This document shows positions 20,064 to 28,608 of a DNA stretch of 32,000 bases, piece after piece. The translations under genes were made by a program, and so were the position numbers. Below the pieces are notes generated by a model. That model had not been told where the DNA came from and searched no databases. It saw only the letters and a list, made by a program, of their open reading frames with translations. The stretch is from positions 3,296,497 to 3,328,496 of the forward strand of contig NC_003902.1 of assembly GCF_000007145.1 (NCBI RefSeq), read 5' to 3'. Source of the DNA: Xanthomonas campestris pv. campestris str. ATCC 33913. Its GTDB lineage: Bacteria > Pseudomonadota > Gammaproteobacteria > Xanthomonadales > Xanthomonadaceae. The stretch's first letter is position 1. Every line of letters begins with the position of its first letter.

Positions 20064-20861
20064 GTGATGCGTTGTTGTCTTTTGCTGGTGGTGCTCGCGC
20101 TGCTGCTGCCCGGATGTTCCAGCTTGGTTGACCGGCACCAGGACACCCGCCGCGGTCACTTCGTGACGCGCTCGCTGGAGATTGAAGGCCGGCACTACCA
20201 GTACCAGGTGTTCGTGCCGGTGGGCACGTCGCCGCAGCCGCGGCCGATCGTTCTGTTCCTGCATGGCTCGGGCGAGCGTGGCGACAATGGCCGTAACCAG
20301 GCCGAGGTGGGCGTTGGCCCCTACCTCAGCGAACACACCGCCGACTTTCCCGCGCTGGTGGTGTTGCCGCAGGTGCCGGACGACGAGGAATGGCTGGGGA
20401 TCAATGCGCGCATGGCGATTGCCGCGCTGGATGCCACCAGTGCCGAGTTTTCCGCCGACCCGCAGCACACCTATCTCACCGGCATTTCGATGGGCGGCTA
20501 TGGCGCCTGGGAAATCGGCCTGATGCAGCCGCAGCGCTTTGCCGCCATCGTGCCGATCTGCGGCGCGCTCAAGGCGCCGCGCGATGAGCGCCGCACCTTG
20601 TACGTGAGCCTGGTGGCACAGGAAGCCGACCCGTATACCGCCGCGGTCACGCGCCTGAAGCACGTGCCGATCTGGATGTTCCATGGCGCCAAGGACGAGG
20701 CGGTCCCGCCGCACGACGACCGCGCGTTGTACCGCGCCGCCAAGGGCGTGGGCGCCAATGTGCGTTACAGCGAATACCCCAACGGCAACCACAACGCCTG
20801 GGACGCCACCTACGCCGATCCGGCGATGTGGGAATGGATGTTCAAGCAGCGCCTGCGCTAG
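20064..20861 (+). CDS. Lipoprotein alpha/beta-hydrolase (carboxylesterase / PHB-depolymerase-like esterase family)
   Basis: Lipobox LLLPGC, LFLHGSGERGDNG, the nucleophile elbow GISMGG, and HGAKDEAVP...NH for the catalytic Asp/His region. GTG 20064 or ATG 20067 could be the start. Confidence 0.8.
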   Translation: MMRCCLLLVVLALLLPGCSSLVDRHQDTRRGHFVTRSLEIEGRHYQYQVFVPVGTSPQPRPIVLFLHGSGERGDNGRNQAEVGVGPYLSEHTADFPALVVLPQVPDDEEWLGINARMAIAALDATSAEFSADPQHTYLTGISMGGYGAWEIGLMQPQRFAAIVPICGALKAPRDERRTLYVSLVAQEADPYTAAVTRLKHVPIWMFHGAKDEAVPPHDDRALYRAAKGVGANVRYSEYPNGNHNAWDATYADPAMWEWMFKQRLR

Positions 20862-21129
20862 CTGGCTGGGAAGACCTAAACCTGGCGAATGATGGCGCAG
20901 CGGCGAGGCCGGCACTTCTGCGTGGCCTTGCTGCCCTCGCTGGATCTGCGGTCGTAGCACAACAGTTCGCGCTGCGGCCCGCTGATCACCACAGCGGCAA
21001 GGCCGTTGTGGCGACTCGGCGCTGCACGCAACCGCCCTGCCCTTGCAGGCTCGCAGCCGCGCCGTCGCTGTTCGTGCTCGCAGCGCGCTACGCGCACACG
21101 GCGCGCTACGCTGCGCACGCCCGCAGCCT

Positions 21130-22146
21130 TCAGTGGTGATAGCCAGTCTCGGCGGTGATCTTGCCGCGGAACACGCGGTACGACCACACCGTGTAGCCCA
21201 GGATCAGCGGGAGCAGCAGCACCAGGCCGACCAGCGCGAACAGCTGCGAAGACGGTGGCGCGGCGGCCTGCCAGATCGTGTAGACCGGCGGCACCAGGTA
21301 GGGCCACATGCCCAGCACCAGCCCCAGGAAGCCGAGCACGAACAAGGCCATCGCCAGCAGGAACGGCGGCGTGTCCGGCTGGCCGGCGTCGGTGGCGCGC
21401 CACAACGCCAGGCCCACCACCGCCACCAGCACCGGAATCGGCATCAGCCACAGGTAGTGCGCGCCTTCGAACCAGCGCTCCATCACGTGCGATTGCAGCG
21501 AGGGCAGCCACGCACTGACCAGGCCGATGAACACCAGCACCGTCAACGCGAGTGGCCGAGATAGCTGGCGCGCCAGTTGCTGCACGTGGCCGTCGGTCTT
21601 GAGGATCAGCCAGGTGCTGCCGAGCAGTGCATAGCCGGCCACCAATGCCGCGCCGGTGAGCATCGCGAACGGGCTGAACCAGCCCCAGATGCCGCCGACG
21701 TACCGGTCGTTCTCGATCGGCAAGCCCTGTACCAACGCACCCAGGATCACGCCCTGCGCAAAAGTGGCCAGGATCGAACCGGCGGCGAACGCATTGCTCC
21801 ACAGCCGCCGCGAGCGATGCGCCTTGAAGCGGAATTCGAACGCCACCCCGCGAAACACCAGCGCCATCACCATCAGCAGCACCGGCAGATACAGCGCCGA
21901 CAGAATCACCGCATACGCCTTGGGAAACGCGGCGAGCAGCCCTGCCCCGCCCAGCACCAGCCAGGTTTCGTTGCCGTCCCAGATCGGCGCGGCAGTGTTC
22001 ATCATCAGGTCCAGCTGCGCTTCGTCCTTGCGAAACGGCGCCAGGATGCCGATGCCGAGCACGAAGCCATCCAGCACCACGTACATCAACACGCCGAAAC
22101 CGATCACCGCAAACCACGCCACCGGCAGGAAGGTCGTCATGTCCAT
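21130..22146 (-). CDS. cydB: Cytochrome bd-type ubiquinol oxidase subunit II
   Basis: This is the C-terminal 338 aa of track ORF 21130..22941: MDMTTFLPVAWFAVIGFGVLMYVVLDGFVLGIGIL...APIWDGNETWLVLGG... are CydB motifs. The ATG overlaps the cydA stop (TGATG). Confidence 0.93.
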   Translation of the reverse strand: MDMTTFLPVAWFAVIGFGVLMYVVLDGFVLGIGILAPFRKDEAQLDLMMNTAAPIWDGNETWLVLGGAGLLAAFPKAYAVILSALYLPVLLMVMALVFRGVAFEFRFKAHRSRRLWSNAFAAGSILATFAQGVILGALVQGLPIENDRYVGGIWGWFSPFAMLTGAALVAGYALLGSTWLILKTDGHVQQLARQLSRPLALTVLVFIGLVSAWLPSLQSHVMERWFEGAHYLWLMPIPVLVAVVGLALWRATDAGQPDTPPFLLAMALFVLGFLGLVLGMWPYLVPPVYTIWQAAAPPSSQLFALVGLVLLLPLILGYTVWSYRVFRGKITAETGYHH

Positions 22147-23543
22147 CAGGCAGCTCCATCGATCGGTTCGTCGGCGGCCGACAGCGGCCGTGCGGGCGTG
22201 TGTTCGCCGTGATCCAGTTGCGGCGCATCGTGCGGGGTGGGCCCGAGCTTGCCGATCTTGACCAGGTACCAGATGCCCCAGCCGAACACGAAGGCGTAGC
22301 CGGCCACATACACCGCCAGCGAGATGGCGGTCATCAACGTCGACTGCGGGCCCACCGCATCGGCGGTGCGCAGCAACCCATACACCACGTACGGCTGCCG
22401 CCCCATCTCGGTCACGAACCAGCCCGACACCAGCGCGATGAAGCCGCTCGGCAGCATCCAGCGCCAGGTGGCCAGCAACCAACGCCACTGCACCAGCTTG
22501 CCGCGCCACCAGGCAAACGCCGACACCCAGGCCACCACCAGCATCAGGCTGCCCAGCCCCACCATGATGCGGAACGCAAAAAACACCGGCAGCACGGGCG
22601 GGCGATCGGCGGCCGGCACCGTGGTCAGCGGCGCGATGCGGCCGTCCAGGCGATGGGTGAGGATCAAACTGCCCAGCCGCGGAATGGCGATCTCGTAATC
22701 GTTGCGCTCTTTCGCCGCGTTGGGCACCGCGAACACCACCAGCGGGAAGCCCTCCCCCGGCGCTTCGTCGTGCCAGTGCGCTTCCACCGCGGCGATCTTC
22801 ATCGGCTGGTGCTCGAGCGTGTTCAAGCCATGCATGTCGCCAACAAAGATCTGCAGGGGCACGGTGATCGCCGCAAACGCCACCGCCAGCTTGAGCATGC
22901 GCAGGCCTGCCTCGCGGTGCACGCCACGATGCAGATACCACGCACCCACCGCGCCCACCACGAAGCAGGTGGTGATGAACGAACCCAGCGCCATGTGCGC
23001 CAACCGGTACGGGAACGACGGGTTGAAGATGATCTTCAGCCAGTCCACCGGATGCACGATGCCGTTGACCACCTCGTAGCCGGCCGGCGTCTGCAGCCAG
23101 CTGTTGGACGACAGGATCCAGAACGTGGAAAACAGCGTGCCCAGCGCCACCATGCAGGTGGCGAAGAAATGCAGGCGCTCGGAAATCCGGCCCCAGCCGA
23201 ACATCATCACGCCCAGGAAGCTGGCTTCCAGAAAGAACGCGGTGAGCACTTCATAGCTGAGCAACGGACCGATCACGCTGCCGGCAATGCGGCTCAGTTC
23301 CGGCCAGTTGGCACCGAACTGGAACGCCATCACGATGCCGCTGACCACGCCCATGCCGAAGGACACGGCGAAGATCTTCTGCCAGAAAAAATACAGCTCG
23401 CGCCAGACCGGCAGGCGGGTGCGCAACCAGCGCCATTCCAGAAATGCCAACAGGCTGGACAAGCCGATGGTGAACGCGGGAAACAACACGTGGAACGCGA
23501 TGACGAACCCGAACTGGATCCGTGACAACAGCAGGGCGTCCAT
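22146..23543 (-). CDS. cydA: Cytochrome bd-type ubiquinol oxidase subunit I, short Q-loop (CIO-like, 465 aa)
   Basis: MDALLLSRIQFGFVIAFHVLFPAFTIGLSSLLAFLEW...GWFVTEMGRQPYVVYGLLRT are CydA/CioA hallmarks. The length fits the short-Q-loop (cyanide-insensitive oxidase) subgroup. Confidence 0.93.
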   Translation of the reverse strand: MDALLLSRIQFGFVIAFHVLFPAFTIGLSSLLAFLEWRWLRTRLPVWRELYFFWQKIFAVSFGMGVVSGIVMAFQFGANWPELSRIAGSVIGPLLSYEVLTAFFLEASFLGVMMFGWGRISERLHFFATCMVALGTLFSTFWILSSNSWLQTPAGYEVVNGIVHPVDWLKIIFNPSFPYRLAHMALGSFITTCFVVGAVGAWYLHRGVHREAGLRMLKLAVAFAAITVPLQIFVGDMHGLNTLEHQPMKIAAVEAHWHDEAPGEGFPLVVFAVPNAAKERNDYEIAIPRLGSLILTHRLDGRIAPLTTVPAADRPPVLPVFFAFRIMVGLGSLMLVVAWVSAFAWWRGKLVQWRWLLATWRWMLPSGFIALVSGWFVTEMGRQPYVVYGLLRTADAVGPQSTLMTAISLAVYVAGYAFVFGWGIWYLVKIGKLGPTPHDAPQLDHGEHTPARPLSAADEPIDGAA

Positions 23544-23718
23544 GGAGAAAGCTCCAGGAAAGTGGGGATGACCGCAAGCGCGCAGGCTGCGGATCGATCG
23601 CCGAGGAATCCCTGTGGTGTGCGAGCAGATCCTTCGTGCGACAGGATCATGATAGGGACGCGTGCGCCCGTTCCCGATGCGACACGGCGTCGCACTGCGT
23701 CAACGTGTCGCGTCGCAA

Positions 23719-23732
23719 TTGCGTTGAATCAA
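23719..23732. promoter_or_regulatory. Candidate FNR/ANR-type (CRP/FNR family) box upstream of cydAB
   Basis: TTGCGTTGAATCAA compared with the consensus TTGAT-N4-ATCAA has a perfect right half and TTG in the left half. It lies 176-189 nt upstream of the cydA ATG and overlaps a perfect 10-bp palindrome CGCAATTGCG (23714-23723). Motif match only. Confidence 0.3.
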
Positions 23733-23909
23733 GGCATCCGGCTGCGTTGCAGCGCCGTACCGGGCGCCTGCGAACGCGCGGCATCGCGCTATCGCGCAGG
23801 TATCACGCGTCTGCCATTGACTGCCAACCAACACACACGGCCACGTGAGCGCCGTTCGCCACGCTGCTGCTAGCGGCGCACGCAGGCGCCGCCTGTCAGC
23901 CAATACGGT

Positions 23910-25295
23910 CTAGCGCTTGCGCATCCGCCGCGCCAGCTCGCTCACCAGCGCGATGCCGGCGGTGAGCCCCACCATCGACAGGAACTGCGCGCGGGTGTCG
24001 GCCGACAATGCCAGCAGCACGAAGATCACCGCCAGGATCGCCAACGCCAGTAGCGTCAGTACCGGGTAGCCACGCATGCGGAACGGCAAGGCGATGCCGG
24101 CGCGGTCGGCGCGTGCACGCAGGATCAACTGCGACAGCAACGAGATCGTCCACACCAGCAAACAGGTGGCACCGACGATATTCAGCAGCATCGGCAGCAC
24201 CTTGCCGGGATACAGCAACTCCAGCACCGCGGCGGCAAAGCCGAACAACACGCTGGCGATCACCGCCACCAGCGGCACCTGCTGGCGGCTGGTGTTGCCC
24301 AGCCAACGGGGCGCTTCACCGCGCTGGGCCAGCGAGAAGATCATGCGCGAGGCACCATAGAGATTGGCATTGAGCGCCGACAACAGCGCCACCACCGCCA
24401 CCAGCGTGATGCCGGTTGCCGCACCAGGAATGCGCGCGACTTCCAGCACAGCGGCAAACGGCGAACTCAGTGCATCACTGGTCCAGGGCACCACCGCGAC
24501 GATGACGCTGATCGAGCCGATATAGAACACCAGGATGCGCCAGGCCACCGTGCGGATGGTGCGCGCCAGGCTGCGCCCGGGGTCGGCGGTTTCCGCTGCC
24601 GCCACCGCCACGATCTCGGTACCGCCGAAGGCGAACACCACCACCAGCAGTGCGGTGCCGATGCCGGCCAGGCCCTTGGGCGCGAACCCGCCGTGCTGGG
24701 TGAAATTGGAGAGCCCCGGCGACGCCACGCCCGGCAGCAACCCGGCCAGCAGCGCACCGCCAATCATCAGGAAGATCAGGATCGCCACCACCTTGAGGAT
24801 GGCGAACCAGAATTCGAACTCACCGAAATTGCGCACGCCCAGCAGGTTGATCACGGTGAAGGTGGCCATGAACACCGACGCCAGCATCGGCACCGGCAAG
24901 GCCGGCCACACCGTGGCCAGCAGGCTTGCCGCGCCCACTGCTTCGGCGGCGATCACCACCACGATCTGCAGCCACCATAACCAGCCGACGGTTGCGCCGG
25001 CGGTCGGCCCCATGGCATCGGCCGCGTAGACCGAAAACGCGCCGCTGGCCGGCTTGGCCGCGGCCATTTCACCGAGCGCGTTCATCACGATGATCACCAG
25101 CGCGCCGGCGATCAGATAGGACACGAGCACGGCCGGGCCGGCCGCGTGGATGCCGACCCCCGAGCCGAGAAACAGGCCTGCGCCGATCGCCGTGCCCAGG
25201 CCCATCATCATCAATTGCCGGGGTTTGAGCGCATGACGCAGCGCAGGCGCAGCGGACGAAGCAGTCTCAGCAACAGGATCGGTCGGAAGCGGCAT
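23910..25295 (-). CDS. Amino acid permease (APC superfamily, AAT family; 461 aa)
   Basis: The internal ATG 25295 of track ORF 23910..25595 gives MPLPTDPVAETASSAAPALRHALKPRQLMMMGLGTAIGAGLFLGSGVGIHAAGPAVLVSYLIAGALVIIVMNALGEMA..., the classic AAT-family N-terminal signature, with about 12 TM. The N-terminal extension in the track ORF is Arg/Gly-rich and looks spurious. Confidence 0.88.
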   Translation of the reverse strand: MPLPTDPVAETASSAAPALRHALKPRQLMMMGLGTAIGAGLFLGSGVGIHAAGPAVLVSYLIAGALVIIVMNALGEMAAAKPASGAFSVYAADAMGPTAGATVGWLWWLQIVVVIAAEAVGAASLLATVWPALPVPMLASVFMATFTVINLLGVRNFGEFEFWFAILKVVAILIFLMIGGALLAGLLPGVASPGLSNFTQHGGFAPKGLAGIGTALLVVVFAFGGTEIVAVAAAETADPGRSLARTIRTVAWRILVFYIGSISVIVAVVPWTSDALSSPFAAVLEVARIPGAATGITLVAVVALLSALNANLYGASRMIFSLAQRGEAPRWLGNTSRQQVPLVAVIASVLFGFAAAVLELLYPGKVLPMLLNIVGATCLLVWTISLLSQLILRARADRAGIALPFRMRGYPVLTLLALAILAVIFVLLALSADTRAQFLSMVGLTAGIALVSELARRMRKR

Positions 25296-25668
25296 GGACA
25301 GGATCGACGATGACGGGAACGCGACACGATACCGCGTCGCGGGCTCCGCCGCGCCTCTTGACGGCGGCACCGCCACCGCCTCCGGCCGCGAGCCCTGTAG
25401 CGGCGTGCGCGGTGCAACGGCGGCCACGCACGTGCAGGCCGTGCGCTGCCCGTGCGCTCCTTGCTGCAGCCGTGCGGACATCGCCACGGGCACGCATGAC
25501 ATGCTGAACCACGCACCTGGCAGGCGGCGACGGAACAGGCCGCACGCCATGCGGTGAGCACCGCGTCGTCCTCGCCCCCCTCGCCCACGCCGCATCGCCC
25601 TCGGTTAGCGCCTCGTAGGCCCAGCGATGCCGGTGGGTGCAACGGGCACTTCGCTTGGCGAACCGCTT

Positions 25669-25700
25669 GAAAAAGAAACCCCGACCAAGGCCGGGGTTTC
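25669..25700 (-). terminator. Rho-independent terminator of the pectate lyase gene
   Basis: On the minus strand: GAAACCCCG-GCCTTGGT-CGGGGTTTC followed by TTTTTC. The 9-bp stem is 25675-25683 / 25692-25700, the A-run on the plus strand is 25670-25674, and it sits 26 nt after the pel stop. Confidence 0.85.
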
Positions 25701-25725
25701 AGTCATACAGGGTAGCGCCACGCCA

Positions 25726-26787
25726 TCACTCGGCCAGGTTCTTGCCCGCCCCTGCGGTGGCGATCACCTTGGCCTTGACCTGCGCAGCCGGCGTGACCGT
25801 GTAGATGTAGCCCAGCGATTCGGGGAACACCTTGGTGCTGATCCAGTTGGTGGCATTGGCGTAGGGCTTGCTGCCATCGGGCGTGCCCCAGGTGATGCCG
25901 CTGCCGACGTAGTTGTTGATCAGGTCCCAGTAGCCGATCTCGCTGCTGTCGCGCGAGGTCACCGGGTTCTTGATGTTCTCGAAGTAATTGGACTCGATCT
26001 TGGCAATGCCGCCCATGCGTACATTGATGCCGGAGGTGGTGACGTTGTTGAAGTAGTTGTTGTAGATGTGGCTCAAGCCACGGCGCTGCAGCGGCACGCG
26101 CGATTCCACATTCTCGAAGCGGTTGTGGTGGTAGGTGGTACGCGCGGCCGAGTTCTTGGTGTCACTGTCGCTGTAACCGTTCAACGCCACCTTCTGGTAG
26201 TTGTAGACGTAGTTGTAGGACACGGTGACGTGATGCACGCCCTTCTTCATGTCGATGCCGCCATCGAAGGAGGCATCACCGGCGCCGGAGCACTTGGTGA
26301 GCGAGGCGAATACCGTGTTGTGGTCGACCCAGATCTTGGACGGCTCGCCACTGGAGTTGCCTTCCAGCGAAATCGAATCGGCATCTTCGCCGCCCTGCAA
26401 CAGACCGATGGTCATGTTCTGGATGATCACGTTGTGCGCATTGCCCACCACGCGAATACCGAAGTTGGCAGCCGAGCCGTTGGCACCCTTGATGGTGACA
26501 TCGCTCTTGTTCTTGATCTGCACGGTCTTGGCGGGCAGCTTCCACTGCGCGCAGACATCCTTGATGGTGCCGAAGTCGAACTTGCCGGTGTAGTTCAGCA
26601 CCAGGCCGCCGCTGCCGGAGTAGCTGTCGATGGCCGACTGCATCGCCTCGAACGTGGCCACATTCACCGGAACCTTATTGCCGCCGCCGGTGGTGGCGGC
26701 ACCGTAGCCGACCGGACCTGCGATCGCGCCCGCAGCGCAAGCGGACAGTGCAAGCGCGAGTGCGCCCTGAAGCGTTTTGCTAGTCAT
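25726..26787 (-). CDS. pel: Secreted pectate lyase, polysaccharide lyase family 1
   Basis: 353 aa with signal peptide MTSKTLQGALALALSACAAGAIA. The parallel beta-helix repeats contain IWVDHN, DGGIDMKKGVHHVTVSYN, HHNRFENVESRVPLQR and YNNYF, which are PL1 catalytic and Ca-binding motifs (vWiDH, R.P). Confidence 0.92.
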   Translation of the reverse strand: MTSKTLQGALALALSACAAGAIAGPVGYGAATTGGGNKVPVNVATFEAMQSAIDSYSGSGGLVLNYTGKFDFGTIKDVCAQWKLPAKTVQIKNKSDVTIKGANGSAANFGIRVVGNAHNVIIQNMTIGLLQGGEDADSISLEGNSSGEPSKIWVDHNTVFASLTKCSGAGDASFDGGIDMKKGVHHVTVSYNYVYNYQKVALNGYSDSDTKNSAARTTYHHNRFENVESRVPLQRRGLSHIYNNYFNNVTTSGINVRMGGIAKIESNYFENIKNPVTSRDSSEIGYWDLINNYVGSGITWGTPDGSKPYANATNWISTKVFPESLGYIYTVTPAAQVKAKVIATAGAGKNLAE

Positions 26788-27794
26788 GCAGCCTCTCCCA
26801 ATGGAATTCGAAAACGCTGCAGGGCGTCAGCGAGTGCATGACGACGGCAACGCGGTGCGTGGGGGCGTGCATTCTTCGCGCGTCTTGAAACAGAAAACAA
26901 TTATCCAGTTGTGGAAATTTGACAGACCGCGGCATTCGCGCAGAGAGACACGCAAAAGAGACAGCAATGGACAGCGGAGACAGGACACCGTGCCACTGCG
27001 CTGCAACATGTCTTGTGCGTGTGATTGCTGCATGCTGCGATGGCATGCCGTTGTGCATGCGCTACTGCGCTATGCAGCGCGCCGCGCCGCGTTGCAGCGA
27101 AGCGAACGACACTCAACGCGACGCGTCACGGCCGCGCTTGATCACCACGCAGCCACAGCGCGCCGATGATCAGCAGCTCAGTTTGGTTGGAATTTCAGGC
27201 CTAATGCGCGGCTGCCGCATCAATCACGCGCGCGCGTGCATCACCGCTAGGAGATCCATCGCGTCGTGTTTGCAAGCTCTTCCAAACCGATCATCGATAC
27301 AGGTTGCAGATGCGCGCCTGCAGCAGCAGCGCGATCGCCCAGAGTCTTACGGATGGCGCATGGGTCAATGCTGCGCACGCGATGATCGGCTGAGTCGGCC
27401 AGGCGAAGGCGAGCACTGCCGAGCGTGCGCGAGTGGCGCGTTCGCGCGCATCGGATGGTGCTATCGAGCGCGGCGGCGAATGCTGCGTACAGTTATGGGG
27501 ATGAAGCGCAACGTAGTGCGCAGCACTACCAGACAAGGCCGCAGCACGATGCTGTACGCATGCTCGGCACGACGGTGCGGGCTTGGCTGGCCGGACAGGC
27601 GACGGCGATCAAGACGGCTCGAAGGCGCGCATGGCTCAACGCCGCAACGTGCATGTAGGAGCCAAGGCAGAGCTGCGCATCACTCCCGTCTCCTGTGCGT
27701 GGCCATGAACACGCTGCCACGCCCGCGCGATGCTGGTGCGGCTCGGCACCCGATGACGTCTAACTAAGAACCTGTTCACGATCTTTCCTGATCA

Positions 27795-28190
27795 GTGCAG
27801 ACTATGCGGATGCGCCAAAAGACCTATCCGAGTGACATGAGCCGGGAGCAGTTCGAACACGTGCTGCCGATCCTGGAACAAGCGCGTAAGCGCACCAAGC
27901 CACGCCGTGTGGATGTGTATGAGGTGTGGTGCGCAGTGTTGTACGTGCTGCGAACCGGTTGCCAATGGCGAGCGCTACCCAGCGACTTTCCAAAGTGGCG
28001 GACCGTGCACTCGTACTTTGCCAAGTGGAGCGAGTGCAACGATGAGGGAGTGAGCCTGCTGGAGCAGGCACTTAAAAAATCAGGTTGGCGTGGCCCGCGC
28101 CAGACAGGAGCGCAACGCCTGCACCAGGTTCTTGATCGTGGACGCGCAGAGCGTAAAGAACACGGACACAGCAGGGCAAAAGGGATATGA
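27795..28190 (+). CDS. IS5-family transposase, N-terminal ORF (orfA; DUF4096-like HTH part)
   Basis: ...MRQKTYPSDMSREQFEHVLPILEQARKRTKPRRVDVYEVWCAVLYVLRTGCQWRALPSDFPKWRTVHSYFAKW is the hallmark N-terminal domain of IS5/IS427-type transposases. Likely real starts are ATG 27804 or 27810. In this frame the homology ends after LEQALKK at the A6 run. Confidence 0.88.
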   Translation: MQTMRMRQKTYPSDMSREQFEHVLPILEQARKRTKPRRVDVYEVWCAVLYVLRTGCQWRALPSDFPKWRTVHSYFAKWSECNDEGVSLLEQALKKSGWRGPRQTGAQRLHQVLDRGRAERKEHGHSRAKGI

Positions 28191-28608
28191 CGCGGGCAAG
28201 AAGGTGTCGGGCATCAAGCGGCATATCGCTGTTGATACTCAGGGATTGCCCCATGCAATCGCGGTGACGACGGCGGAGGTGACCGACCGCAAAGGTGCGC
28301 TGCAGGCGTTGGAGCGCTGCCAGTCAAATTTGACGCATGTACAAAGCTTACTGTGCGACAGCGGTTACACCGGCGTACGGTTTGCCGACGGCGTGCGAGA
28401 GATTTTAGGCGAGCAGCTCACGGTGCAGATTGCCAAGCGCAGCGAACTGCACACCTTCAAGGTCATGCCCAAGCGATGGATCGTCGAGCGTAGTTTTGCT
28501 TGGCTGGAGAAGAACCGAAGGCTATGGAAGAACTGCGAGCGCAAACTCAACACCAGCCTGCAGTTCATCCATTTGGCCTTCTTGGCACTATTACTCAGAA
28601 GATCGTGA
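28090..28608 (+). CDS. IS5-family transposase, C-terminal DDE ORF (orfB), in the +1 frame relative to orfA
   Basis: FLIVDAQSVKNTD (D), LLCDSGYTG (D) and KRWIVERSFAWLEKNRRLWKNCE (E) form the DDE_Tnp_1 triad. The frame is open from 28054, and it is probably expressed as an orfAB fusion via the CTTAAAAAAT site at 28071-28080. Confidence 0.88.
   Translation: MARARQERNACTRFLIVDAQSVKNTDTAGQKGYDAGKKVSGIKRHIAVDTQGLPHAIAVTTAEVTDRKGALQALERCQSNLTHVQSLLCDSGYTGVRFADGVREILGEQLTVQIAKRSELHTFKVMPKRWIVERSFAWLEKNRRLWKNCERKLNTSLQFIHLAFLALLLRRS

Noticed and set aside
23873-23892. Hairpin GCGGCGC-ACGCAG-GCGCCGC just downstream of the amino acid permease stop, as a terminator.
   Set aside because: It is a perfect 7-bp stem, but no U-tract follows on the transcribed (minus) strand, so it cannot be called an intrinsic terminator from sequence alone.
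25296-25668. Riboswitch or leader (glycine, lysine) in the 373-nt region upstream of the amino acid permease. An AAGAGGCGCGG string resembles the 5' end of an L-box.
   Set aside because: Only ~65 nt separate that string from the ATG, far too short for a lysine riboswitch. No glycine-riboswitch cores (…ACCGAAGGGGCAA…) are present. This is likely an ordinary promoter region plus the pel terminator.
26910-26924. CRP-like protein (Clp) site TGTGG-AAATT-TGACA about 123-137 nt upstream of pel. Clp is known to activate extracellular enzyme genes in Xanthomonas.
   Set aside because: The half-sites resemble TGTGA/TCACA, but the spacer is 5 nt rather than 6. With correct 6-nt spacing the second half-site match collapses. 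This is too weak to call without a PWM scan or EMSA.
26788-27000. HrpX plant-inducible-promoter (PIP) box TTCGB-N15-TTCGB upstream of pel (also checked upstream of pip).
   Set aside because: Individual TTCGC/TTCGA pentamers occur (around 26806, 26874 and 26935), but none has a partner at N15 on either strand.
26919-27767. 282-aa plus-strand ORF filling the pel-IS gap.
   Set aside because: The sequence (…RTPCHCAATCLVRVIAACCDGMPLCMRYCAMQRAAPRC…RRRRSRRLEGAHG…) is Cys/Arg-rich nonsense with no RBS, no domain-like region and weak codon bias. The region is treated as non-coding or decayed (see findings).
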